Origin: an uncultured Blautia sp.
GTDB taxonomy: Bacteria; Bacillota; Clostridia; Lachnospirales; Lachnospiraceae
Assembly: GCA_946622645.1 (NCBI GenBank)
Contig: CAMOQF010000002.1
Location: 190 to 64,189 of the forward strand
Length of the DNA: 64,000 bases
Direction of reading: 5' to 3'
Part shown: piece after piece, positions 41,011 through 51,207 of the stretch
Layout: every line of letters starts with the position of its first letter
How positions within the stretch are numbered: position 1 is the first letter of the stretch
The notes under the pieces: generated by a model
Databases searched by the model: none
What the model was told of the DNA's origin: nothing
The model's input: only the letters and a program-made list of their open reading frames with translations
Program-made: the position numbers and the translations under genes

Positions 41011-42234
41011 ATGAAAAAAAGAATGAAAGCAGCCGCATGCGCTCTTCTGGCAGCCGTTCTGGTATCGGGAACCGTCCATGCTGAAAGCCTGTTTTCAGGC
41101 CTGGGCCAGGAGATCGACCAGCTCTCGTTTACCCCCATGGGCGTCGGGGCGGATCAGACCGTGGTAGCCCTGGATGACATCGGGATCTCGGTCAGTGTAT
41201 CGCAGTATACGGCCATCCGTCAGGAGGACGGATTCGTGTATATCTTCACCCAGGACGACAGGTCCATGCCCTATGTGATCGTGGGAAGCTACGGCTACTC
41301 CTCCGATGGATTTGTGAATGATTTTACGGATTTCATGACAGAGAAATACCCTGATCTCCGCATCACGATCCAGCCTGCCTCGATCACGCTGAACAACATC
41401 CCCTTTACAAGCATCACATATTCCTACATGGTAAGCGGCTATAGTGTAACGGATACAAGGCTCTTCACGGCCCTGAACGGCTTTACATACATGTTCGGCG
41501 CCAAAGAAGTGCTGGAGCTTGGCTATGAACTTCCGGTCGGTTTCCTGGAGAGGACGGCAGGGAGCTGCTCCATGCTTGCCGGAGGATGGGATGATTACGC
41601 AAATCATGTAGACGCCGATCACAGCCTGGAAGGCGGTTCTGCAGATACGCCTGGGCTTGACAACACAGGAGGCGATTTCCTTCCGGGACCGACAGACGGC
41701 AATCCGGAACCCGCTCCGGGTCCCGGCAATGATGAAGGCCCGACAAGCGGCCCCGTTGATCCGAATCCCATGCCGGATGATGTCAGCGGACAGATCAACT
41801 TCAAAGAATCCGTCGCAAACTACAACGGTGTCTGGATCCCCTTCGATGACGGCTTTAAGCTCTATATGCCTTCCGACTGGCTTTCCTATGAACTGAGTCA
41901 GGAACAGAAACAGGCCGGCGCCCTCTTCCTGGCATATGACGGGAGCCGCGCAGGCAATCCGCCTTATATCGAAGTGGACTTTGGCTCCAGCGAAGGCTGC
42001 TCCACGCTGGATGAGCTTGCAGCAGTGCTTACAGACGCAGGATATATCGTGGAGGATAAGATCTCCTTTAACGGGATCCCCTGCATCTCCTACAGCAATC
42101 CGTCAGACGATATGACCGGGCTCATGTTCTTCCATCCGCAGACCACGGACTATATCATGGTCGTGATCGCAGGACAGCTCTCGGTCGATGAGGATACGCT
42201 CTCCTGCATCCTCTGCTCCCTGTCTCCGAACTGA
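41011..42234 (+). CDS. Secreted hypothetical protein, two domains joined by a Pro/Gly/Asp-rich linker
   Basis: Signal peptide MKKRMKAAACALLAAVLVSGTVHA; linker PGPTDGNPEPAPGPG. Confidence 0.8.
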   Translation: MKKRMKAAACALLAAVLVSGTVHAESLFSGLGQEIDQLSFTPMGVGADQTVVALDDIGISVSVSQYTAIRQEDGFVYIFTQDDRSMPYVIVGSYGYSSDGFVNDFTDFMTEKYPDLRITIQPASITLNNIPFTSITYSYMVSGYSVTDTRLFTALNGFTYMFGAKEVLELGYELPVGFLERTAGSCSMLAGGWDDYANHVDADHSLEGGSADTPGLDNTGGDFLPGPTDGNPEPAPGPGNDEGPTSGPVDPNPMPDDVSGQINFKESVANYNGVWIPFDDGFKLYMPSDWLSYELSQEQKQAGALFLAYDGSRAGNPPYIEVDFGSSEGCSTLDELAAVLTDAGYIVEDKISFNGIPCISYSNPSDDMTGLMFFHPQTTDYIMVVIAGQLSVDEDTLSCILCSLSPN

Positions 42235-42262
42235 GAAACGGGTCATCAGAGAGGAAAAACGC

Positions 42263-43834
42263 ATGAAAAACCATTGGATGGCAGGACTTACCCTGGCTCT
42301 TGCAGCAGGTCTCGCGTTTCCCGTATGGGCGATGCCGGCCGACAACTGCGGAACCTGTTATGAAGTGTTTGTATATTCGTTCTGCGACAGCAACGGCGAC
42401 GGGATCGGAGATCTGCCCGGCCTGACAGGAAAACTGGATTATATCAATGACAACGATCCGCAGACGGACCGTGATCTGGGATGCGATATGATCTGGCTCA
42501 TGCCGGTCTTTCCCTCGCCTACCTATCACAAATACGATGCGACGGATTTTACCGGCATCGATCCGGCGTACGGTACCCTGGAGGATTTTACCGCTCTGGC
42601 GGAAGCCGCCCATGACCGCGGCATCCGCCTGATCCTGGACCTCCCCGTCAATCATACCTCCACGGAACATCCCTGGTTTGCGCAAGCCTCCGAATATCTT
42701 CGGGGGCTTTCCTCTGAAGAGGAGATAAACGCGGCGGACTGTCCGGAGGCGGCGTACTATCACTTTTCTACAGAACCACAGACCGGTTATGCGCCTCTTG
42801 CAGGAACGCCCTGGTATTACGAGGCGCAGTTCTGGGAAGGCATGCCGGACCTGAATCTGGACAACCCCGAGGTGGTCGCTCAGATCCACGATGCGATGGC
42901 TTTCTGGATGGAAAAAGGAGCCGACGGCTTCCGTCTGGATGCAGTGACTTCCTACTATACCGGAGACAATCAGGCCAACATCCGCTTCCTGACGGACCTG
43001 GCTTCATACGCGAAGGAGCAATGGCCGGACATCTATATGGTGGGAGAGTGCTGGGCCGATCAGCAGACCTACGCAAAATTCTACGAGAGCGGGATCGATT
43101 CTTTCTTTGACTTTGACTTTGCCGGACCGGAAGGCGTGATCACCCGCACGGTCAAAGGAAGCGTCAAGGCTGCGGCCTTCGGGAAACGCCTTGCGGAGGA
43201 ACAGGCGCTCTTTGCGGAAAACGGACAACAGGCCGTCAACGCGCCTTTCTTTACCAACCATGATATGGCCAGGAGCGCAGGGTATTTTACCAAAGACGAC
43301 GGTACGCGCGTCCGGTTTGCCTGGGGCCTGAACATGATGATCCCCGGCAACGCATTCCTGTATTACGGCGAAGAGCTGGGTATGAAAGGATCCGGGATCG
43401 ACGAGAACAAAAGAGCGCCCATGTACTGGAGCGCAGATCCGGACGCACCGGGAATGTGCGTGGGTCCGCCTGCCATGGAAGAAGTCAGGATGAAATACGG
43501 CTCCTGGGAAGAGCAGAACGAAGATGAGGGCTCCATTCTGAGCTATGTACGGAAGGCCATCCATCTGCGTATGGATCATCCGGCCATTCGCTGCGGGACG
43601 GTCACGCTGGATGAGGACCTTTCCAACGATCATATCTGCGTTCTCCGTTATACGACGGACGAAGAACAGCTCTCACTCATCGTGAATACTTTCAAAGAAG
43701 CAGATGAGATCACGCTTCCCGAAACGCCCGTTATAGCGGATACGCTTTCCGCCACAGGGGAGGAGCCTGTCCTCTCTGAGAATACCATCGTACTGCCGCC
43801 GTTTACCATCCTGGTCGTTGAGAACGCCGACTGA
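42263..43834 (+). CDS. Secreted GH13 alpha-amylase family glycoside hydrolase
   Basis: DSNGDGIGDLPG, DLPVNH, GFRLDAV, VGECW, FFTNHD; signal peptide; start placed at ATG 42263. Confidence 0.92.
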   Translation: MKNHWMAGLTLALAAGLAFPVWAMPADNCGTCYEVFVYSFCDSNGDGIGDLPGLTGKLDYINDNDPQTDRDLGCDMIWLMPVFPSPTYHKYDATDFTGIDPAYGTLEDFTALAEAAHDRGIRLILDLPVNHTSTEHPWFAQASEYLRGLSSEEEINAADCPEAAYYHFSTEPQTGYAPLAGTPWYYEAQFWEGMPDLNLDNPEVVAQIHDAMAFWMEKGADGFRLDAVTSYYTGDNQANIRFLTDLASYAKEQWPDIYMVGECWADQQTYAKFYESGIDSFFDFDFAGPEGVITRTVKGSVKAAAFGKRLAEEQALFAENGQQAVNAPFFTNHDMARSAGYFTKDDGTRVRFAWGLNMMIPGNAFLYYGEELGMKGSGIDENKRAPMYWSADPDAPGMCVGPPAMEEVRMKYGSWEEQNEDEGSILSYVRKAIHLRMDHPAIRCGTVTLDEDLSNDHICVLRYTTDEEQLSLIVNTFKEADEITLPETPVIADTLSATGEEPVLSENTIVLPPFTILVVENAD

Positions 43835-43903
43835 TGAAAACACTGATGAGCGCAGCTTCGGAAACTGCCTGAAAACAGGCTTAAAGGGACAGGAGCGGTG
43901 GAA

Positions 43904-43933
43904 TTGACATGATCTGGTGGTGTCTGTTATAAT
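43904..43933 (+). promoter_or_regulatory. Sigma-A promoter of the ftsW-like gene
   Basis: TTGACA, 18 bp, TATAAT. Confidence 0.7.
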
Positions 43934-43977
43934 CTGAAGAATACAAAAACTGACAGAAAAGAGTGCGGATCACCTTC

Positions 43978-45183
43978 ATGGAAGATACCAGACAGCGGAG
44001 AACGCCGTTCTCCGAGATGTTCAACGGAAAACCGAAAAAAGAAAACCCGACGGATTACTATGATTTCAGCCTGCTGGCCGTGATCATTCTGCTGACGTGC
44101 TTCGGGCTGGTCATGCTGTACAGCACCAGCGCCTATATGGCGGAGCTTGACTTCAGCGACGATATGTACTATTTCAAAAAGCAGGCTCTGATCAGTGCGG
44201 CCTCGATCGTCATTGCCGTGGTCATTTCCAGGATCGACTATCACATCCTGTCGAACTTTACGACCATCGCTTACATCGGCAGCCTGGTCCTGATGTTCCT
44301 GGTCAAAACGCCTCTGGGCGTCACCTCGCACGGCGCAAGGCGGTGGCTCGGCGTCGGGGAGAACCTTTCGTTTCAGCCGGCCGAGGTGGCCAAGATCGCC
44401 CTGATCCTCTACCTGGCCCAGCTGGTGGTCTCCATGGGACGTCGGATCCGTACCACAAAAGCCTTTTTCACCATGATGGTTCTGGGCGGGGCGCAGGCTT
44501 TCTTCGCCCTGGTCTTTACGGACAACCTGAGCACGGCCATCATCATCATGGGCATCACCATCGGCATTATCTTCATCTCCCATCCCAACAAAAGGCTTTT
44601 CTGGGCGGTCATGCTCCTTGTCGGGATCCTTGCGGCCATCGTGGTGATCTTTATCATGACGACCATGAAGTCCAGCGACAACTTCCGTATTCAGCGGATC
44701 CTGGTCTGGCTCCATCCGGAGGATTACGCTTCCGGCGACGGATACCAGACTCTCCAGGCGCTGTACGCGATCGGCAGCGGCGGATTCTTCGGCCGGGGCC
44801 TCGGCAACTCCATCCAGAAGCTGGGCAGCGTCCCTGAAGCGCAGAACGACTTTATCTTCTCCATCATCTGTGAAGAACTCGGCATGGTGGGCGGCATCAT
44901 CGTTCTCCTGTTTTTCGGTTATCTTCTCTACAGGCTGTTCTTCATCGCGCAGAACGCGCCGGATATGTACGGCTCCCTCATCGTGAGCGGCATTTTTATC
45001 CATATTTCACTGCAGGTGGTCCTCAACATCGCTGTGGTGCTGAACCTGCTTCCCAACACGGGCGTTACGCTGCCGTTCATCAGTTATGGGGGAACCTCGG
45101 TGCTCTTCCTGATGGCGGAGATGGGGCTGGCGCTGTCCGTGGCCCGCAAGATACGCCTGAAAGAGACCGAAGTGCTTTTGTAA
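43978..45183 (+). CDS. FtsW/RodA/SpoVE family SEDS glycosyltransferase
   Basis: GARRWL, FQPAEVAK, GYQTLQALYAIGSGG, PEAQNDFIF, GVTLPFISYGG; alternative GTG start at 43963. Confidence 0.93.
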   Translation: MEDTRQRRTPFSEMFNGKPKKENPTDYYDFSLLAVIILLTCFGLVMLYSTSAYMAELDFSDDMYYFKKQALISAASIVIAVVISRIDYHILSNFTTIAYIGSLVLMFLVKTPLGVTSHGARRWLGVGENLSFQPAEVAKIALILYLAQLVVSMGRRIRTTKAFFTMMVLGGAQAFFALVFTDNLSTAIIIMGITIGIIFISHPNKRLFWAVMLLVGILAAIVVIFIMTTMKSSDNFRIQRILVWLHPEDYASGDGYQTLQALYAIGSGGFFGRGLGNSIQKLGSVPEAQNDFIFSIICEELGMVGGIIVLLFFGYLLYRLFFIAQNAPDMYGSLIVSGIFIHISLQVVLNIAVVLNLLPNTGVTLPFISYGGTSVLFLMAEMGLALSVARKIRLKETEVLL

Positions 45184-45215
45184 ACGGCAAAGACTTTTTC
45201 TGTTTCATATAAGAC

Positions 45216-45244
45216 TTGACAAACGATAGTCCTGATACTATGAT
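45216..45244 (+). promoter_or_regulatory. Sigma-A promoter of acpP-gltX
   Basis: TTGACA, 17 bp, TATGAT. Confidence 0.7.
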
Positions 45245-45332
45245 GAAAAAAGCGTTACAGTCAACACCGCCTGTATGCGGGTTCTGACTTGTTTGCCGTT
45301 GGATTTACAACATAGAACAGAGGAGAGTTATT

Positions 45333-45566
45333 ATGTTAGAGAAGATGAAAAAAATGCTGGCAGAACAGCTGAGCTGCGACGCCGACTCCATCACACTGGA
45401 GACTTCATTTAAGGATGACCTTGGCGCGGATTCTCTGGATCTGTTCGAACTGATCATGATGCTGGAGGATGAATACAACATGGAGTTTCCGGCCGACGAG
45501 CTCGCAGGGCTCAACACGGTGGGAGATGTCATCGAGTATCTCAGACAAAACGGGATCGACGCCTGA
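45333..45566 (+). CDS. acpP: Acyl carrier protein
   Basis: DLGADSLDLFEL phosphopantetheine site; 77 aa, acidic. Confidence 0.95.
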   Translation: MLEKMKKMLAEQLSCDADSITLETSFKDDLGADSLDLFELIMMLEDEYNMEFPADELAGLNTVGDVIEYLRQNGIDA

Positions 45567-45635
45567 AAATCGGCTCTCCGGAACCCTCCGGAGAGCTTCT
45601 TTAATTACAATGCCCTAAGAACGGCAGGAGGAACC

Positions 45636-47090
45636 ATGAATAACAAACCAAGAACCAGATTTGCCCCCAGTCCGACAGGACGCATGCACGTAGGAAACCT
45701 TCGGACGGCTCTCTACGCTTATCTCATCACCAAACATGAGGGCGGCGATTTTATTCTCCGCATCGAGGATACCGATCAGGAACGCCTGATGGAAGGCGCC
45801 ATCGACATCATCTACCGCACCATGCAGAAGACCGGCCTCCTTCATGACGAAGGCCCGGATAAAGACGGCGGATTCGGCCCTTACATCCAGAGCCAGCGCC
45901 AGGAGCTTGGCATCTATCAGAAATATGCCGAACAGCTGGTCGCTCAGGGCGACGCCTACTACTGCTTCTGCCAGAAGGAAGAGCTGGAGAACATGAAACG
46001 GATCGTGGCAGGGAAAGAGATCAACGTGTACGACAAACGCTGCCTGTCCCTCCCCAAAGAGGAAGTGGAGCGCCGTCTTGCCGCCGGTGAACCCCATGTG
46101 ATCCGCTTCAACATGCCGACCGAAGGCACCACGACCTTCCACGATGTGATCTACGGCGACATCACCGTGGAAAACGCCGAGATGGAAGACCTGATCCTGA
46201 TCAAATCGGACGGCTATCCCACCTACAACTTTGCCAACGTGGTGGACGATCATCTGATGAAGATCACCCATGTGGTCCGCGGGAACGAATACCTCTCCTC
46301 CGCGCCGAAGTACAACCGCATCTACGAAGCCTTCGGCTGGCAGATCCCGACCTACGTACACTGCCCGCTTCTCACGGATGAAGACCACCAGAAGCTTTCC
46401 AAACGTTCCGGCCATTCTTCCTTTGAAGATCTTCTGGAGCAGGGATTTGTGGCGGAAGCCATCGTAAACTATGTGGCCCTTCTGGGCTGGAGCCCCTCCG
46501 ACAACCGCGAGATCTTCTCTCTTCCGGAGCTGGTGGAAGCCTTCGACTACCATCATATCAGCAAATCTCCGGCCGTCTTCGATATGGGCAAGCTGCGCTG
46601 GATGAACGGGGAATACTTCAAAGCGATGGATCCCGACGTGTTCTATGAGCAGGCGCTTCCCTGGCTGAAACAGATCCTTCCGGAGACCATGGATCTCAAG
46701 AAAGTCTCCGCCATGGTCCAGACCCGGATCGAAGTTTTCCCGGACATCTGTGACCAGATCGATTTCTTTGCGAAGGTGCCGGAATACGACATCGCGATGT
46801 ACACGCACAAGAAGATGAAGACCAACACGGAAACCTCCCTGGAGGTCCTGAAGGAGACCCTCCCGATCCTGGAAGCACAGGAGGATTATTCCAACGATGC
46901 CCTCTTTGCGGCCCTGTCCGCCTATGTCGCGGAAAAAGGCGTAAAGACAGGCTATGTGATGTGGCCGCTCAGGACAGCTCTGTCCGGCAAGCAGACCACG
47001 CCTGCCGGCGCCACCGAGATCATGGAGATCCTCGGAAAAGAAGAAACACTCAAACGCATACGCTCCGCTATCGAAAAACTGTCTGTATGA
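45636..47090 (+). CDS. gltX: Glutamate-tRNA ligase
   Basis: RFAPSPTG, HVGN (HIGH), LRIEDTDQ, KLSKR (KMSKS). Confidence 0.98.
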   Translation: MNNKPRTRFAPSPTGRMHVGNLRTALYAYLITKHEGGDFILRIEDTDQERLMEGAIDIIYRTMQKTGLLHDEGPDKDGGFGPYIQSQRQELGIYQKYAEQLVAQGDAYYCFCQKEELENMKRIVAGKEINVYDKRCLSLPKEEVERRLAAGEPHVIRFNMPTEGTTTFHDVIYGDITVENAEMEDLILIKSDGYPTYNFANVVDDHLMKITHVVRGNEYLSSAPKYNRIYEAFGWQIPTYVHCPLLTDEDHQKLSKRSGHSSFEDLLEQGFVAEAIVNYVALLGWSPSDNREIFSLPELVEAFDYHHISKSPAVFDMGKLRWMNGEYFKAMDPDVFYEQALPWLKQILPETMDLKKVSAMVQTRIEVFPDICDQIDFFAKVPEYDIAMYTHKKMKTNTETSLEVLKETLPILEAQEDYSNDALFAALSAYVAEKGVKTGYVMWPLRTALSGKQTTPAGATEIMEILGKEETLKRIRSAIEKLSV

Positions 47091-48913
47091 AACTGAATGC
47101 TGCTCAGCAAAGGGCGATCGCCCACCTGTCGGGACCCATGATGGTCCTGGCAGGTCCCGGTTCGGGAAAAACTTCCGTTATCGCAGAGAGAACTGCATAT
47201 CTGGTACGATCCGGCGCGACATCACCAGCCAATATCCTGGTGGTGACTTTTTCGCGCGCCGCGGCTAAGGAAATGCGGGAACGGTTTCTGCAGAAGACGG
47301 CGTCCGGCAGGACCGACGTAACCTTCGGCACCTTTCACGGCGTCTTTTTCGGCATCCTCTGCGACGCCTTTCGTCTGACGTCCGCAAACATCCTCACCGA
47401 CAAAGAAAAGACGGAGATCCTGCGGGGTCTTGCGATGGAACACTGTCCCGGGCTCTGTTCGGAAGGAGACTTCCTGGAGGATCTTGCCCGCGAGATCAGC
47501 GTCGTCAAAGAAAACCGGATCGATACAGCGCATTATTATTCCGCCTCCTGCCCGGATGAAGTCTTCAGCCGGATCTACCGGGAGTATCTCCGGGAGCAGC
47601 AGAACAGGCGAAAACTGGATTTCGACGACATGCTGCTGCGGACCTGGGAGCTGTTCCACAAAAGGCCGGACATCCTGGAGAGGTGGCAGAAGCGTTTTAC
47701 CCATATCCTGGTGGATGAGTTCCAGGACGTCAACCGTCTCCAGTACGAGATCGTCCGTATGCTGGCGTCTCCGGAGGACAACCTTTTCGTGGTGGGGGAC
47801 GACGACCAGTCCATCTATCATTTCAGAGGAGCCTCTCCCGGGATCATGCTGGGGTTTTCAAGAGACTATCAGAATGCAGACCGCGTTCTCCTGGATATCA
47901 ACTATCGATGCACAAAAGAGATCCTTTCGGCCGCCTCGCGCCTGATCGCGAACAACCGGGAACGGTTTTCCAAAAAGCTCTCGACGCCCAATCCAAAAGG
48001 CAGGCCGGTCGCAAGCCTCGTCTATGAGGATCCGCGGGAACAGTTCCTCTCCGTAGTCAAGGTTCTCCGGAACCGCCTGGATGCGGGAGAAGACATCTCG
48101 GACTCGGCCGTCCTTTTCCGGACGAACCAGGAGGCGGAAGAGCTGGTGCGGCTTTTTCTGGAATACCAGATCCCCTTCATGATGAAGGAGAAGCTTCCCA
48201 ACCTTTTCGACCACTGGATCTGCCGCGACCTGATGGCCTATCTGCATCTGTCGCAGGGAGATTTCAGCAGGCAGGATCTGCTGACGATCATGAACCGTCC
48301 GAACCGGTACATCCGCCGCGAAGCGGTGAGCAGCGCGGTGAAGGATCTTTCCCCCTTGTTTGCCTACTACCGGACGCAGGACTGGATGATCGAAAGACTG
48401 AACACTTTTCGCGTCCAGCTGAAGGTCATCTCCAGGCTGAATCCCTTCGCGGCCGTCAATTATATCCGGAATGCGGTCGGATACGAAGAGTACTTGCAGG
48501 AATACGCCGAGTATCGTAAAATAAAGCCGGACGAACTGACAGAGATCCTGGACAGGCTCCAGGAAAGCACCCGCGGCAAGAAGGATCTCATGGCCTGGGA
48601 GGAGTCGATCCGCACCTACACGGAACAGCTTGCAGCCCGCAATAACGCTGCCCCCAGGAAGGAGCCCGGTGTGTGCGTCTCCACACTGCACGGCGCAAAA
48701 GGACTGGAGTATCCGTTCGTCTGGATCCTGAACTGCAACGAAGGAAGCATTCCCTACAGGAAGGCCGTGCTTCCCGAAGCCGTCGAAGAGGAGAGGAGGC
48801 TTCTGTACGTGGGTATGACCCGCGCCAGGGAGCAGCTCACCCTCTGCCATGTCAAAAGCAGCTATGAACATCAACGGGAGCCCTCCCGTTTTCTGAAGGA
48901 GGCCGGGTTATGA
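47087..48913 (+). CDS. UvrD/PcrA-family ATP-dependent DNA helicase
   Basis: LAGPGSGKT, VDEFQD, VGDDDQSIY, NYR, STLHGAKGLE, EERRLLYVGMTRA; ATG overlaps the gltX stop. Confidence 0.93.
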   Translation: MKLNAAQQRAIAHLSGPMMVLAGPGSGKTSVIAERTAYLVRSGATSPANILVVTFSRAAAKEMRERFLQKTASGRTDVTFGTFHGVFFGILCDAFRLTSANILTDKEKTEILRGLAMEHCPGLCSEGDFLEDLAREISVVKENRIDTAHYYSASCPDEVFSRIYREYLREQQNRRKLDFDDMLLRTWELFHKRPDILERWQKRFTHILVDEFQDVNRLQYEIVRMLASPEDNLFVVGDDDQSIYHFRGASPGIMLGFSRDYQNADRVLLDINYRCTKEILSAASRLIANNRERFSKKLSTPNPKGRPVASLVYEDPREQFLSVVKVLRNRLDAGEDISDSAVLFRTNQEAEELVRLFLEYQIPFMMKEKLPNLFDHWICRDLMAYLHLSQGDFSRQDLLTIMNRPNRYIRREAVSSAVKDLSPLFAYYRTQDWMIERLNTFRVQLKVISRLNPFAAVNYIRNAVGYEEYLQEYAEYRKIKPDELTEILDRLQESTRGKKDLMAWEESIRTYTEQLAARNNAAPRKEPGVCVSTLHGAKGLEYPFVWILNCNEGSIPYRKAVLPEAVEEERRLLYVGMTRAREQLTLCHVKSSYEHQREPSRFLKEAGL

Positions 48914-49503
48914 AAGGAACCATCTATTTTGCGGTCATCCCGGAAAAGGACCGGAAAAAAAAGCTGGAACATATGATCGCGGAAGAACTTCTGCGCACAG
49001 GACTGAAGGAAGAGTACGGAAAGGACCTGGATTTTGAACCCAGGGCCAAAGGCGAATACGGCAAGCCCTTCTTTACGCTGGAGCCTTCCATCCATTACAA
49101 CATCAGCCATTCCGGCAAATATGTTCTCTGCATCCTTTCGGACCAGGAGGTAGGGATCGACGTGCAGGAGCACACCCGGGTGAACCGGGAGCAGATGCTT
49201 TCCCGCATGGTGCCGCCGGAGATGATCCGGCCAATACTGGACGCCGATGACCCGGAGAAGGCTTTCTTTGCCCAATGGGCCCTGCGGGAAGCCTATATCA
49301 AATGGACCGGGCAGGGACTGTCGCGGGACATGCGTACCATCCCCATGGATGACGGCGCCTCCATGATGCTGGATCTGGAGGAAGGCTACAGCGCGGCCGT
49401 CTGGTCGCGGCATCCGATGGATATCGAGATGAAACGAGTCGAAGTGAAACTGCCGGAACCCGGCGTCAAACCGGAAAACAGAGAGGAGAAGACCCTTGCC
49501 TGA
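48910..49503 (+). CDS. 4'-phosphopantetheinyl transferase (Sfp family)
   Basis: GKP, YNISHSG, VGIDVQE, WALREAYIKWTGQGL. Confidence 0.9.
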   Translation: MKGTIYFAVIPEKDRKKKLEHMIAEELLRTGLKEEYGKDLDFEPRAKGEYGKPFFTLEPSIHYNISHSGKYVLCILSDQEVGIDVQEHTRVNREQMLSRMVPPEMIRPILDADDPEKAFFAQWALREAYIKWTGQGLSRDMRTIPMDDGASMMLDLEEGYSAAVWSRHPMDIEMKRVEVKLPEPGVKPENREEKTLA

Positions 49504-51085
49504 CTTACGATCAGAAATTGAAAAAAGAAGAACCTTTGCGATCATTTCCCACCCGGACGCAGGAAAAACGACCCTGACGGAAAAGTTCCTGCTCTACGGA
49601 GGCGCCATCAACCTGGCCGGTTCCGTCAAAGGCAAAGCGACGGCCCGCCATGCCGTATCCGACTGGATGGAGATCGAAAAGGAGAGAGGTATCTCCGTCA
49701 CCTCCTCGGTGCTCCAGTTCCACTACGGCGGACGCTGCATCAACATCCTGGACACGCCGGGACACCAGGACTTTTCGGAGGATACCTACCGTACCCTCAT
49801 GGCGGCAGATTCGGCCGTCATGGTGATCGACGCCTCCAAGGGCGTGGAAGCCCAGACCCGGAAGCTTTTCAAGGTCTGCGTGATGCGCCATATTCCCATC
49901 TTTACCTTTATCAACAAGCTGGACCGGGACGCCAACGACACCTTTGACCTCGTGGATGAGATCGAAAAAGAGCTGGGCATCGCCACCTGTCCCATCAACT
50001 GGCCCATCGGTTCGGGAAAGAAGTTCCGCGGCGTCTACGACCGCTTCGCGAAGTGCGTCCTGACGTTTTCAGACACCCAGAAGGGCACAAAAGAGGGCGT
50101 TTCGGAGGAGATCCCGCTTACGGATGCGCGCATCGACCAGGTGATGGATCCGGAGCAGAAGGAACAGCTGCTGGAGGAGATCGAGCTGCTGGACGGAGCC
50201 AGCGCGGACTTTGACCAGGAGATGGTCAGCAAAGGAGAGCTGACGCCCGTGTTCTTTGGCTCCGCCCTGACGAACTTCGGGGTGGAGACTTTCCTGCAGC
50301 ATTTTCTCTCCATGACGACCAGCCCGCTTCCGCGGAATTCGGACGCAGGCCTGATCGATCCGATGGAGGACTATTTCTCCGCGTTTGTATTTAAGATCCA
50401 GGCCAATATGAACAAGGCCCACCGCGACCGGATCGCGTTCATGCGTGTCTGTTCCGGCAGATTTGACGCTTCGGAAGAGGTCTATCATGTACAGGGCGAC
50501 AAAAAGATGCGCCTGCTGCAGCCGCAGCAGATGATGGCGGAATCCCGCCATGTGGTGGACGAGGCGTATGCCGGGGATATCATCGGCGTGTTCGATCCGG
50601 GCATCTTTTCCATCGGGGACACCATCGTGACGCCGGGACATAAGTTTGCTTTTGAAGGGATCCCGACATTCGCGCCGGAGCATTTCGCACGGGTGACGCA
50701 GCTGGATACCATGAAGCGAAAGCAGTTTGTCAAGGGCATCAACCAGATCGCCCAGGAGGGCGCCATCCAGATCTTCCAGGAGCTGAACACCGGCCTGGAA
50801 GAGATCATCGTGGGCGTGGTCGGCGTGCTGCAGTTCGACGTGCTCAAATATCGTCTGGAAAACGAGTACAATGTGGAGATCCGCCTGGACATGCTTCCCT
50901 ATGAGCACATCCGTTGGATCGCGAATAAGGACGAGGTCAATGTCGAGACTCTCACAGGCACCTCGGATATGAAGAAGGTCACCGACCTGAAAGGAAATCC
51001 GCTGCTCCTGTGGATCAACCCCTGGAGCGTCGGAATGACGCTCGACCGGAACCCGGGCCTCGAACTCGCCGAATTCTCGCGTTGA
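49496..51085 (+). CDS. prfC: Peptide chain release factor 3
   Basis: RRTFAIISHPDAGKTT, SDWMEIEKERGISV, DTPGHQDF; TTG start. Confidence 0.97.
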   Translation: MPDLRSEIEKRRTFAIISHPDAGKTTLTEKFLLYGGAINLAGSVKGKATARHAVSDWMEIEKERGISVTSSVLQFHYGGRCINILDTPGHQDFSEDTYRTLMAADSAVMVIDASKGVEAQTRKLFKVCVMRHIPIFTFINKLDRDANDTFDLVDEIEKELGIATCPINWPIGSGKKFRGVYDRFAKCVLTFSDTQKGTKEGVSEEIPLTDARIDQVMDPEQKEQLLEEIELLDGASADFDQEMVSKGELTPVFFGSALTNFGVETFLQHFLSMTTSPLPRNSDAGLIDPMEDYFSAFVFKIQANMNKAHRDRIAFMRVCSGRFDASEEVYHVQGDKKMRLLQPQQMMAESRHVVDEAYAGDIIGVFDPGIFSIGDTIVTPGHKFAFEGIPTFAPEHFARVTQLDTMKRKQFVKGINQIAQEGAIQIFQELNTGLEEIIVGVVGVLQFDVLKYRLENEYNVEIRLDMLPYEHIRWIANKDEVNVETLTGTSDMKKVTDLKGNPLLLWINPWSVGMTLDRNPGLELAEFSR

Positions 51086-51096
51086 CGGAAAAGCCC

Positions 51097-51125
51097 TTGC
51101 CACGGTCAAAGCGACCTGTTATAAT
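51097..51125 (+). promoter_or_regulatory. Sigma-A promoter of the asp23-nusB-...-recN operon
   Basis: TTGCCA, 17 bp, TATAAT. Confidence 0.7.
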
Positions 51126-51207
51126 AAAGTCAGAAAAGAAAAGGGCTTTCCGGCCCTTATGAGAAGCAGGAAAAGCAGGGGCATAAAACCCCGTGCAGGA
51201 GGATCAT

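Noticed and set aside
47087-49503. Helicase, PPTase and acpP as a specialised biosynthetic or defence cluster
   Set aside because: No PKS/NRPS, nuclease or other effector genes; these are consistent with ordinary housekeeping neighbours.
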